Assembly (NCBI RefSeq): GCF_004010195.1
Contig: NC_057753.1
Location: forward strand, 15,013,345-15,077,344
Reading direction: 5' to 3'
Length of the DNA: 64,000 bases
From: Chiloscyllium plagiosum
Lineage: Eukaryota
This document shows, piece after piece, positions 49,682 through 61,199 of the stretch. Each line of letters starts with the position of its first letter. The stretch's first letter is position 1. The notes under the pieces are model-generated. The model saw only the letters and a program-made list of their open reading frames with translations, searched no databases and was not told the DNA's origin. The translations under genes and the position numbers were made by a program.

Positions 49682-51259
49682 GTAAGAAAAGAATCAGAAA
49701 CATGGACCAGATATGTATTTTCTTACTGCATAGTCAGTCGCGATTGCATAAGGATGGGTTTGTTTCAATCTCCACTTTTCAATGATCAGTGAACTGAATG
49801 ATCACATCTAGTTATCCTCGAAGTGCACTCGTGTGAAGGAAGTTATCATTGCGAATGAATTTTAGTTGGTGTTGAATGAGACGTAGTTTTGACAAGTCTC
49901 ACTGTCCTTCATTCCTGATGGATTATTTCTGACATTTTTGCACACATGAATGGAACCACCCTTTCCAATTCGATTCTGGTTGCACTCTGATTCCTTCAGA
50001 AATCTGAACAATAAATCCATTCACTGACTGAGTTTATAATTTTAAAATCTTTGTCACGAATGTTGGTTATGCACCTAATAGTGCAAGTGAAACTGAAAAA
50101 TTGAAATGCAAACAATTACAGGAATGTAAGTGCAAACAGTTCTTTGTTCCATCGTGTCTCAATTCGTTCTAATAACTTGTGCCAAAGAATAATAATAAAG
50201 CGAGCTGTTTTACTTTCATAACTTCTCTTGACTGATAATGTCAGAACAGCGGATACATAGATATGTAGCAAAAGGATTGTCACGTTTCATGTTGACTAAC
50301 ATTGGAAGCAGACCACTGGAGGATTGCCTTCTAAACCTGGTGATGGGGAATGCGAAACATCAGATGGAAAATAGAATAAAGGCAACAACGGGGAATTTTG
50401 ATGTTGACATATAAAAATGGGAAGAATTTTACATGATCAGAGTTGAAATGATTTACTAATATTTCTATATCAGAGCACCACAGAAAATAACATTAAATGA
50501 AAGCATTCTCAAAGTATATCGCACAACAATAATCAGAAGTATTTAAAGGACATTTAATATACTCAAGAAATGTGAATTACGTCATAGAAATAATAACATT
50601 TTTCATGTCAAATCAGACAACACTGAAAGAAGTTGTAAGGGAAACTGAAGGCATTCAATTTACTTTTTCATATATAGTGCAAAAATGACAGAGATTAGAA
50701 ATTAAATCATCAAACGTACTCTGTGTGTGAAAGTGTTTGCTCGATGTGAAAACTGATGTTTATTTCTCATTTCTGATCACAGTGATTTGGCATTTCCCTT
50801 TACCTTAAAGTAACGAAATTTGTGTTTGATTGCTTTCACATAATATGTTCCATTGACAGTCTTCTGTCTATTGCGACAAAGACGATAAAATAATAATGTG
50901 TTCTATTTTAACGCTCCTCCTAAGTCTATTAAGTATAAAATCAGAGTCTATGAGACTGAGAGATATAGGATTAGGATTAAATCGTTTGAACCATTCAGTC
51001 TGCTCTGCTCTTCGATCATGGCCGATAAGCTTCTCAAATGCAATGTCAAGCCTTCTTCCTGGTGGCTTTTATTCCCTTACTCATTAAGAACCTGCCTATC
51101 TCTGTCTTAAAGACACTCCATGACTTGTCCACTACAGACCTCTGTATCAATAGGTTCCACCCTCTGGCCGACAAAAAAAATCAGCTCAGTTCAGTTCCAG
51201 AGTGGTGTGCCTTCACGAGGACATTGAATTGGACATTAATTCTTCATTTTTGTTTTTAG

Positions 51260-51373
51260 CAATATCCACTTCCATTGGCTCACTCAATCACATCGAATAC
51301 TACATTAGCCACAACTTGAGTGACAGTAATTTGGAATCAGAATATCCTGAGATGAACTCCAACAGTAGTCCAG
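51260..51373 (+). CDS. Gene B cytoplasmic exon 2 (AISTSIGSLNHIEYYISHNLSDSNLESEYPEMNSNSSP)
   Basis: tttttag|CA...CCAG|gtgtgt, 114 nt. Confidence 0.83.
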
Positions 51374-51639
51374 GTGTGTAAGTGTTCACAATCTGTCAGT
51401 TCACACTTGTCTTTCAATCTATCCGCTATCCAAAGCTAAAGATGTCAATGTTCACAGTGATATAGAATGACACGTCACCAATGGTTGTTTCATGAGCATT
51501 GCCAGTGAAAAGGAAAGTTGCTTGTTTTGAGTTACAGAGAAATGGCGCATTGAGTACGTCCGTGCGAAAAGAAAAATCATCTAGTATTCTCATCCCATTT
51601 ACCTGCACTTTTCCCGTAGTCTTGTATGGCTTGGCATCA

Positions 51640-51792
51640 CTTTATCTGAATGGGTGCATGAATAGGAAAGGATTAGATATTCGTAGGGTTAATGTTGGCA
51701 AATGGGGCCAGTCGTTTTTAAGATGTCTGGTCAGCACGGACACGTTGGACTGAAGGATCTATTTCCATGCTTTTAATTCTATGACTTTATGT
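51640..51792 (+). mobile_element. CR1/HER1 extreme 3' end
   Basis: ATGAATAGGAAAGGATTAGA..GGACTGAAGGATCTATTTCC; absent at the homologous gene A position. Confidence 0.75.
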
Positions 51793-52663
51793 ACAAGTAA
51801 ATATTTCTTAAGTGCTACGAGTGTTTGTGCCTTTACCACCGTTAGAGGCATGTAGTTCCAGATTCACACTAGCCTCCGTTCAACTCATTTCCCTCACTGA
51901 CTCTTTAATTTTTCTTGCTCTAACCTTAGTCCACCTTCCGTAATATATATGACCCCCCTTCTTTAATATTGCCAGCATAGAGTAAAGTTCATTTCTTGCT
52001 GCCCACATCTGTTCGTCGTCAGTTCATAATGCTTCTCATTCATATTCACCCCCGCAAAGTCCTGAAGTCCATTGAAAAAGAAAGTAGCCCAGAAACAGCA
52101 GTCGGCCACTCATCCCCGAGGGCATGTTCTTGCGTTCAATGAGATTACTCCTGGCTGCTGTGTGTCCTACATCCAATCACCCGCGTTTGGCCCACATTTC
52201 TTAATAGCTTTCATTAATAATAATGTACCGCAGATTTAAAATTGGCAACTGATCTGATATCAACTGCAGCTTTTATTCATTGATACATCTCTCCTGAAGG
52301 CTCTGGCATTAATTCTCTGAATGTTCCCCTAGATCCTAGAATGGTTTCATGATTGAAGTGGTTAATCTTTAACTATCATGTCTTATTCTGTACATATCGT
52401 TAATATTTTAGTCAGATCACTCTTTACCTTCTAATTTCTAGAAGAAGACGTCTTAAATTTCATAGTCTTTTCTCATACTGTGACTCCTGACGTACACTGA
52501 AGTATCAAACTCATCGAATGTCTCTTTACAGAACAAATTTTACATTCCAACACGAATCTACTTTTCCACTGTTAAGTTCCTTTTTCCAGAACGAACCTCC
52601 TTTTCCAACTCTCAGTGTTGTGTGTTACAATTTGTGTCAGTGATAGTCACCTTTCCCTCAAAG

Positions 52664-52792
52664 GTCCACTCCTTGATTATGACCATGTTGAGACAGAAGA
52701 CATTGAATCTCAGGATGACCATTTACAACTAGACAGTGATTCTGATGAACCCCTCACACTGACAACTACTGGCGATGGTCTTTGTGCACATG
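52664..52792 (+). CDS. Gene B cytoplasmic exon 3 (GPLLDYDHVETEDIESQDDHLQLDSDSDEPLTLTTTGDGLCAH)
   Basis: ccctcaaag|GT...CATG|gtgagt, 129 nt. Confidence 0.8.
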
Positions 52793-55126
52793 GTGAGTTG
52801 AATTACAGATAATTGCTCATTAACTAACACTTTGCATGTTCGCACTGTCTTGGTTCCGTTCCATTTTTTGATTGATGTTACATCTGCTGTAAATTTAAGA
52901 ACAACATTCAATGCTATCATAACGTTATCTTCACAAATTGTCATTGTGAAAGCTTGGATTACTGGAGAGGGGTCTTCATTTCAAGGCAATGAAAAATGAT
53001 TTTTAAAAATGAAATACGTAGATATTGACACGACACTGCGTTTTGTCAACTCTTTGAATATTCGATCCTAACTTCACCCAAATCGTAAGGTTACATGTCT
53101 CGAAAACTTCTCTTTTAATGAATCACCATCTAGCTGGATAGAAAATATGCAAGCGGGTCCTATGTGTTTGATGTTTTCAATGTTGGCATTCTAGGTGTGC
53201 ACTGGAATGTCAAACCGTGAGGACCATTTCTTGCAAAACACAAGGAAAGGTGTGTTTGATATTTTTATGGGGAATTCTAGGAGGAATGATTCTCTCTGAT
53301 TTGAACATCATAAAAGCTATGGGTGCCCTTGCGACTAAAATTCAGACTTCCCAACCTGCTATTTATTCATTTCAAAACGTCCAATTAGCCGTTGGTAGAA
53401 CCTTACTTCAATGTTCCTTCCATTCACCAGTGATCAGCTTTCATGTTTAGTTTCTTTCCTCATCCACACTGAGGTCATTTCTGTGAGCCATTAATTAACT
53501 GTTGTCTGAACCGTCATCCAAAGTGTGCCACTCATCACACTGCCAACCATGAAGGATCTCTGGAACTTTTGCGACGACTCTGCTTGATCTCCTATAGATG
53601 CTGACAGTCCAGCTGGGTTGTGCTGCAATTTCTGCTTTTGATCCTGATTTCCAGAATCCGCAGCTGCTTTAGCGTTTTGCTTCTCCCTTAACACTTTTCC
53701 ATCTTTATCTTCACTACATGTAAACTCGTCAGCTAAATCTCTGCTAAATATGGAGTATGATAGTGTATTTCAATTCCTACACTTGCAGTTCCCAAACATT
53801 ACAATACTAAGATATCACTGATCAAAGTCACAAATGAAATTGTAGGTGATTTTGAAATTGATCGATAATCATTGCTCATCGTTATTATCCTGACCAAGAA
53901 ATAAAAGAATGTGGCACAAAATTTAGCAGAGAAACACATGAGTTCAGAGTGCATTTGAGGAAAATATTCATTACCCAGAGGCTGGTGCTTTTCTGGAATG
54001 CAGTAGTTGAGAGAATAGTTGAGGTGTGATATCTCAGAGGTTTTAAAATATGCTTGCATGCATACATGAAGTCTCGTAACATTCAAGGCTTTGTGTAGGA
54101 ACGTGAGACGATTAAAGGTATTAGCGTAGTTTTGATTCGATAGACCTCTACTGCACTGTACCATTCTTTGGTTCCAAGTTACAGCATTTGACATGGCCAT
54201 CTAATACTCCTGATCACCACACCAGCATTGTTCAGTTTCCTAGACAGTACTAAAAGGAGCGTAGTATTACTTGAAACAGTCCAGTCCAGTGCATCGCATG
54301 GGTCTGATGCCATCTGAGAAAATCCGACCTTTTCATTCTGATAACTTGCATATCCTTTGTGCCTTCAGTGTGGCTATGCAGTGAAATTGTGACAGAAAAT
54401 TTCACAAGAAATACATCAAACTGATAAGAGATACATTTTTTTCTCATGAGTTCGAACTTTTCTGATGCAGAGGACAGAATGGGATGCCCTGGCGTTCTGT
54501 CGAACTGTGATATATTTGAAGCATTACATAATCGTCACAGAAAGCACACTTTTTAAAAAGTCAGTTAAAGCAAAGGTTGCTTGTGATGGGGATTTTTCGA
54601 ATTAATCATAAATAATCAACATGTAATGACGCCACAGAGATCATTGAGGTTGCTTTACCAGAGTGAAATAAGCAAAATACTTTTCGCTACGTTACACCAC
54701 CCAACGTGGAAATACATACATGGCCAAAGATGTACTTTAGGAAATGTCCTGTCAGCGTTAATTGAGATTAAGGAACAGTCAGCATGCGCACAGCAAATCA
54801 CCACAAATCCGAAGTGATAACTTTTGTGTAACATGTTCAGTGATAATGCTGATTGCAGAATAAATATTGCCCATGGGGTCATTTGCTGCGCACTTGTCTA
54901 TTACATGCTGTCTTTTTCATCCAGCTGAACACACATATAGATACGCACCTCAATGTTCCCCTTTATAATATGGACCTTCATCATTCCGATAATGCTGAGG
55001 CAGCCTTAGACTTCTTTCTCTAGAGTGAGAAGCGTCAGCTGCTGATTGATACATGCATGAACTAGGAATAGAGAACACACTTGAAATGACCTTGAGTTGA
55101 CTCACATACTTTCTTTATCATTTCAG

Positions 55127-55137
55127 GTAAATGTTAG
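55127..55137 (+). CDS. Gene B probable terminal coding segment (G-K-C-stop)
   Basis: tttatcatttcag|GT AAA TGT TAG, homologous to 12344-12354; alternative acceptor at 54471. Confidence 0.45.
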
Positions 55138-55339
55138 AGTCTGTTTCAGCATGGGACCTCCCGAGGCAGATAATGTTACGAGAAGTCATCTACTATCATT
55201 TCGCAAATGCTGAATGGTTTTCTTAATATCAGCTTTACTTGATTGTAATTCATTTGCATTTATTTTGTATTGAATTGACCACATTACTGTTCTCTCTTTT
55301 TGATCTGATTGCGCGTGTTGTAATGAGTTAAAAGTGGAA

Positions 55340-55661
55340 AATAAACGGATTGCAGCCAGATCATTTTCGTGTGAGGATTAATCACATGATCCATTTCTCT
55401 GCATGGCTTCATAGGCTCTCGACTGGGGGCGATGTGCTTATCATTTATCATTGAGGGATTTTAAGGAATTCCATGTGTAATTGCTTTACATTTTCATCGC
55501 CTATGACGGAATAGTTAAAATGTGCCGAGCCAAATAATTGTCCGAACTGCTATTTCGCTATATAACGAATGAATATCTTCGATTCCTAGCCGTATTCTCG
55601 ATGAACTTCGATTTTTGCTGTTATTGACAATGTAGAGTGTAATTTGAATCTCATAAATAAA
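55340..55661 (+). terminator. Gene B candidate polyadenylation signals (AATAAA at 55340-55345 and 55656-55661)
   Basis: Positionally conserved with the gene A hexamers; GT-rich downstream. Confidence 0.55.
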
Positions 55662-55959
55662 AATGGTCCAGTTCATATTTTCGTTATAAGTCTGTGACTC
55701 TTTGTCGGTGTCACTGTCACAGTGAATGTGAATGAGAGTTTGAATGTAGCTGTCTGTGTTTTTGTAAATTATGTTCTGTGTCAGTTAATGAGATTGTGAG
55801 TGAAGCCGTTTGTGTTTTTGTGCATGTGGGCGGTTGTCATTGCATGAGAGTGTGACCGTAGGTGTCTGTTTATGTGAAAATGTGCGAGTGTCAGTGAATT
55901 AGGAAGAGTGGGTATAATTATCTGTGATTGTTTAACTTCATCTATGAGTGTGAATGTAT

Positions 55960-56720
55960 TTGTTTATTGAGTATTTTGGAAGGCTTAATGCAAGAGTGGA
56001 GCACAAAGTAAGCTGCAGAAATCTCAGAAACCTTAACATACAGAGGTATGTTAGTTCCCTGAAATCGGCAAAAAACGGTGGAAGAGGTGGTCAAGAAGGC
56101 GTATGGAATTCTCGTCTTCATCTGTCCGCGCAAAGAGCATATATTTTTAAATCAAGTTGCAAGCTACCAAAATTTATTGCTGTCACGTTTGGAATATTGT
56201 GTCTGGTTCTGTTTTCCACACTGTTGGAACGATGTGGGTGCTTTGGAGAATGTATAGAAACGGATCACCAGTATGTTGCCTGGTTTGGAGAGTATTAACT
56301 ACGAAGAGAGTTTGGACAAACTTGATTCATTGTCACTTGACCATCGGAGGCAGAGTGGCGACCTGATATAACTTTACAAGATGAGGAGAGGAATGGATAG
56401 AGTTGAACGCCAGAGTGTTTTTTTTCCGCATGGTAGAAATGACAATTTTCCCGGGACATGTTTTGCAGATAAAGTGTTTTAGTTTAAAGGAGTTGTGAGA
56501 GGCACCAAATTAACACAAAAGGTGGTAAGTCCTTGGAATGGCTGCCAGAGTAGTTATTGGTGGCAGAAATAATAGCAATCTTTAAGATAAATCTTAATAT
56601 AGGAATAGGCAGAAAATGGAGGGATACGGACCAGGTAGAGCCAAATGGCTTCAAGTTTGGAAAGTTGTAATGTGTTAAGTTTGTCTTGGCGAGCTGAAGG
56701 GACGTTTTATGTTTTGGAAT
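55960..56720 (+). mobile_element. CR1 LINE 3' fragment (paralog of 13080-13780)
   Basis: Decayed CR1 ORF2 end and 3' UTR. Confidence 0.75.
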
Positions 56721-58319
56721 TTTTTAATTGATGAGTTGTCTGTAGTATTGCGTAGCACTGTCTGTTACTTGGTGTCCACACTGTTGTCATGCAAGCAGTC
56801 TGGTGTGTTCACGACACCAGGTTGATCGTTTATTTTGAGGTATGCTAGGGATTATGCCTGAAACGTTGGCTCTCCTGGTCCTCGGATGTTGCCTGACTTG
56901 CTGTGATATCCCAGAGCCACACGGTTTGACAGCGCTCTCTAAATATGCGGAAAAGAAACCCAGAATCTGATTTTTCGGTGAATTCATCACTGCCGATGCA
57001 ACAGGGTACATCTGGTGGTATCCAGTTTAGTGTCAAATCACGACGGTCTTGGGAAGGTGGGGAAGGGAGGGGCGTGTTTGCTGGCGCGAAACGTTTAGCA
57101 GAACACAAATCTAGGGCTGGACGCCAAAATTGGGAAGCAGGCAAAAGTGCGTGGGTGAAAATATGAGGGTGTAACAATATTTTGGAGGAGCGCAAATTGA
57201 GAGGCGCAGAAAATTTTGAAGGGTGTGAATCGGGGTGGTAATTCTTGTGGGTAAGAGGTTTGGGAAGCAATATTTTGAGGGGCAAGAGTTGATGGGGTCA
57301 AAGAGAGACAGACTTTGTCCTGGAGGCAAGTTAATAAAAAAAAGGTAATGGAACCAAGACTCTGTCTCTCACTGTCTCTCTGTCCACCTTCTCTTCACCT
57401 CCACTCCCACTCCCGTGTTTAAAGCAATGAAATATCGCCCTGCAAAGCTATGACCACGTCACTACACAAACAGGAGGTTTGTTTGTGAGAAAGCATCAAA
57501 GCCTGTGAATCTCTCAGGTTAAACGTTTGTTTATTTCATCAAGTTATGCCTTTGGAGACAGACAGCACTTTTATCTGATCGATGTTGCCCTAAGCAGGAG
57601 ATGAACAACGCTGGTCTCACCGCCTCCAGTTTTGAATTCTTTTCTCACTTAGAGTCTGAAAGAGTACTTCACAAAACTTTACAAATTGCAGAAATTGCAA
57701 TAAAACTCTCAATGTTTCCTGACAAATACTTTTCATTCGGAGGTGCCTGAATAGAGTTGCAATGGAAGTACACTATGCCTTTTGTATAATCTCAGGAATA
57801 CTGTCCAAATACAAATCGTTTCCACAAACGTTGCAGAGTGATCAAGTACATTTCTGTATCCGAGCATTCTTCACTCTGAGAGAACTCTCAGTACAATTGC
57901 AATCCTCTCCACGCCAGAATAGTGTGGTATGTGTATGTGTACGTATGTGTGCGCGGGCGTCTGACTGATGCTCTTAGGGATTTCCCTCTCTGCCATCCGC
58001 AATGCAGTAGCTTGGGGAAGCCAGCAGAGGGTGCCACTGTACCATTTTAAATACAGGAGGGACAGAAAGAGAGAGAGCATGAAAGAGTGTAAGCGAGCGT
58101 GAGAGACATGGAGCCTTTCTCTATGTCTCCCTCTCTCCCCCACCCCTCTCACTCCCTCTCTCTCTCTATCCACTTTTCTCTGTCCGTGTCTATCTCCCCT
58201 CTTCTGGTGTCTCTGTTCAAAATATATATTATAACCTCTTGCATTCACGAACTGATCAGGATGGTAACGAAACAGAATGTCAATCCAGCGCTCACAATGG
58301 GATCTGACTTAATAATAAA

Positions 58320-58455
58320 AAACTGAAAGAAGTGCAGATGCTGTAAAATCAGATATAAAAATATAGATTGTTGGAAAAAGCTTAGCAGGTCTGATTGCAT
58401 CTGTGGAGAGAAATCAGAGGTAACGTTTTGGGTCGAGTGACCCTTCCTCAGAATT
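58320..58455 (-). mobile_element. Short Penelope-terminus-derived repeat with hammerhead-like core
   Basis: Minus strand TTCTGAGGAAGGGTCACTCGACCCAAAACGTTACC...GATGCAATCAGACCTGCTAAGCTTTTTCCAAC. Confidence 0.65.
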
Positions 58456-59370
58456 TGGATCTAATGCATCCTATTTTCCAGTCATTCGGATCATCTCGCT
58501 GATGCCTTCCACCTCTCTGAACTGCTTCCCTGCTCCCATCACCCCACGTCAAATCTGCTTTTAAACATCCTCTTTATGGTAATGTTTCTGCTCTTTCTTT
58601 CTGTCTCGTTGCCCTGTTTTGTTTTTCTCTGACCTTCTCTACCTCTGCTTCATTCTCAATACAGCTCCTTCAGTCTCACTTTCTATCTCCCTTTCGTTCT
58701 TTCTTTGTCTTCCTGCCTTGGTATTTCTCTCTCCACATATTTCTGCCGCGCTCTGTTTCTTTCTTTATGTCGTTCTCTCTACCTCTCTCACACCTTGTTT
58801 CCTTAACTTTTCCATTTCACTCCGATATTTCAAATTTTCTGTGACAACATACTTGCTTCTCTGACTTTTTTTTTTAAAATGGGTCATTCACTATGTAAGA
58901 GAGCCACTAATCAGGTCAGCATTTTTTGTTTGTTCATAATTACCCAGAGACCAGATAACAGTCAACCACTTTTCTTTGTGCCTGGAGTCAAATGTTGGTC
59001 ATACCAGTTGAGGATGGCAAGGGTATTAATGAACCATATAACCGATAATGGTTTTAGCATCGTCATTAGACACTGACGTCCAGATTATTTATGGAATTTC
59101 AACTCCTCCATCGACCGGGGTGAGATTTTAATTCGGTCCCATAACTTTAGCTGACTTTATGGATTTATAGTCTCGCAATAAACTACTAAGCCATCACCTC
59201 TTCTCGTTCACTCAGTCTGAATCTAACTTTCCTGTATCTCGATTTATGTATCTCAATTACTGCCCACATTCTGCTTTGTTTTTCTGTCTCAGCCCCTCTT
59301 CCCCGCCATCTCTCCTCTGTATTTCTATCTCAATTTTTGTCTCTTTCTGTCTCTCTGTCTGTCTGGACCC

Positions 59371-59374
<4 letters not shown>

Positions 59375-59409
<35 letters not shown>

Positions 59410-59410
59410 C
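59375..59410. repeat. (CT)n microsatellite within CT-rich flank
   Basis: Perfect CT dinucleotide run. Confidence 0.9.
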
Positions 59411-59482
59411 CTGTCTCTCTGTGGCTTTCTCTGTCGCAGGCTGTCGAGATCTGTTTCGGTCTGCCTTTGTCTGTCTCCCAGA

Positions 59483-60102
59483 TAAACAATTGGAATGTGT
59501 CTCAATATCAGGTCAAGGATATCCACCAGTTGGTCGGTGATGAGCTTCGCTGGCCATTGCAATGTGCCTTACAATGAAAACATTGAGCAGCAAAGTTAGC
59601 ACAAACGGGATGCAGGGGTTCAGAACGTTGTGGACTAACTCGAATGCCTCCTAAGCTGGAGAATTGGTAACGTGCACCCTGATGAAAATAACCAGGAGTC
59701 GTTCTGCACCCAATACCCGCCAATTAACATAAAGTACCAGAAAAAAAAATCTTTAAAGAGTTCAGCACAGACATTGTCCCAGAACCACAGCCGCTGTTTC
59801 TCACGGCAATGTTTAATTTTCAGCTTCTGGCAACAAATAGCCACAACTCGATCAAAAGTGAAGCTGACCGTGAACCAGACAGAAGTCAGTGGCTGCACAA
59901 AGCAGGACAGCGTGGCTATTGCACCCGGGAGTTTTGCGAACGGAAGTGAACTGCTCACGTTAAAACATCGGAATGTGTCTCAATATCAGACCAAGGATCG
60001 CCACCAGTTGGTCGGCCATTGCCATAGCCGCCAGGTAAAGAGTGACACTTTTGGAGAGAGCACATTTCATGCAGGATAGTATCATAATCATCAGGGCGCT
60101 AA
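59483..60102 (-). pseudogene. GPR139/GPR142-like class A GPCR pseudogene (main coding exon, TM1-TM5), disrupted and rearranged
   Basis: Minus-strand acceptor cctcacag| at 60103, then SALMIMILSCMKCALSKSVTLYLAAMAMADQLVAILGLILRHIPMF* (stop at 59960-59962), frameshift, SVWFTVSFTFDRVVAICCQKLK (TM3, DRY-like), more frameshifts, then NPCIPFVLTLLLNVFIVRHI (TM5). Confidence 0.82.
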
Positions 60103-60307
60103 CTGTGAGGAATGGAAAACAAAGAAACAAAGATGAAATTACACACGTGACCAGGATAAATTTGTGTAGTTCAATAAGAACATATTCAGTTCTTTTACCG
60201 CAATGACCTTTCAGAAGATAATTTAAATTACAATTCGCTATAATAAATTACTAGGAGTTAAAACCCACCAATAATGTTCTTCTACATCTCCTTTCATGTC
60301 TAAAGAT

Positions 60308-60856
60308 TGTGAAGATGCTGCTCTTTTTCAAGGTTTTGTTGTCCTTGGTTTATTTTCCAGACGTTCTGATACGGCTGGAAAGATCTACTTGAAGAGGCTT
60401 TTATCTTTATCTTGGAACACTTGTACAATGAAAAGAGAGTTGTCAGTTCACCGAGTTAAGATTTTTCTTCCATTTTTCTTTTAGTTTTAGCTGGGGATCG
60501 AAAGAAATAGCTCCATAATGATTTCTTCCCCCCTCACATCTTTCTCCTGTAAGAATGTATGTTTTAATTTAACTTTTAGTCATGGGGTGTCTATCTGGGA
60601 TGTTGCTTGAAATCTGAACAGTTCTTTGTTAAGTTGTGTTTTGGTGTCCGTTGCCTTTTGAAATATTTATATTACTCTAAATTCGGTTTTCTTTTTTTAG
60701 TGTGTAAATATATTTTGTATTGTTTTAAACTGAGTGGTTTGGTCAGCTGCATCACTCCTGGAATATCCACTCTACACCTGTTTGAAACAACTGGTGAAGT
60801 TAGGGCCTGTGGTAAATTTTTGAAATATTTTGAGGGTTTTGGCCTGGCCCATAACA
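60308..60856. mobile_element. Solo LTR (Gypsy-type) with 4-bp target-site duplication
   Basis: Starts TGT (60308), ends ACA (60856), flanked by AGAT at 60304-60307 and 60857-60860. Confidence 0.7.
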
Positions 60857-61199
60857 AGATTCTACGGAAGTTCAGATCCAGGTATGACTGATGCTGGAAT
60901 CCCACTCCCTTAGTAAAAGTATCAGCTTTCAACAGATCTCACCAGGAATCCCGGATCTGAGGCTGCAAATCTGACCCGACAGCCATCCGATCCCACGGTG
61001 ACCCGACCCAGCCTCAGCAGTGAATTGATTGTGAGGTGGTGAAACCAGCCCTGGACTGAACTCCGACCTTTCGCCTCATCATCTCCGGAAATGTCCTGCC
61101 CTATCTGACCCGATTCACTTATCTTCTGAAACAGCAGATTCACACTACCGACAAACTGGGGACTGCCCACATGTATGAACACTCCCAAAAAAGAGTAGG

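Larger units (their letters stand above)
29979..55661 (+). other. Gene B (apparently complete CDS): signal peptide + 7 group B SRCR domains + TM + tyrosine-motif tail, about 945 aa; CD163/WC1/SCART-like
   Basis: 16 phase-1 coding exons join without stops: 30007-30052, 36727-36759, 38100-38414, 39182-39490, 41265-41579, 43830-44147, 45690-46007, 47006-47323, 47405-47461, 47548-47865, 47985-48026, 48211-48327, 49604-49681, 51260-51373, 52664-52792, 55127-55137. Confidence 0.88.

Noticed and set aside
29979..55661. Assigning the symbol CD163, DMBT1 or WC1
   Set aside because: No CUB/ZP domains (not DMBT1), the 7-domain layout and tail differ from CD163, and orthology needs a phylogeny
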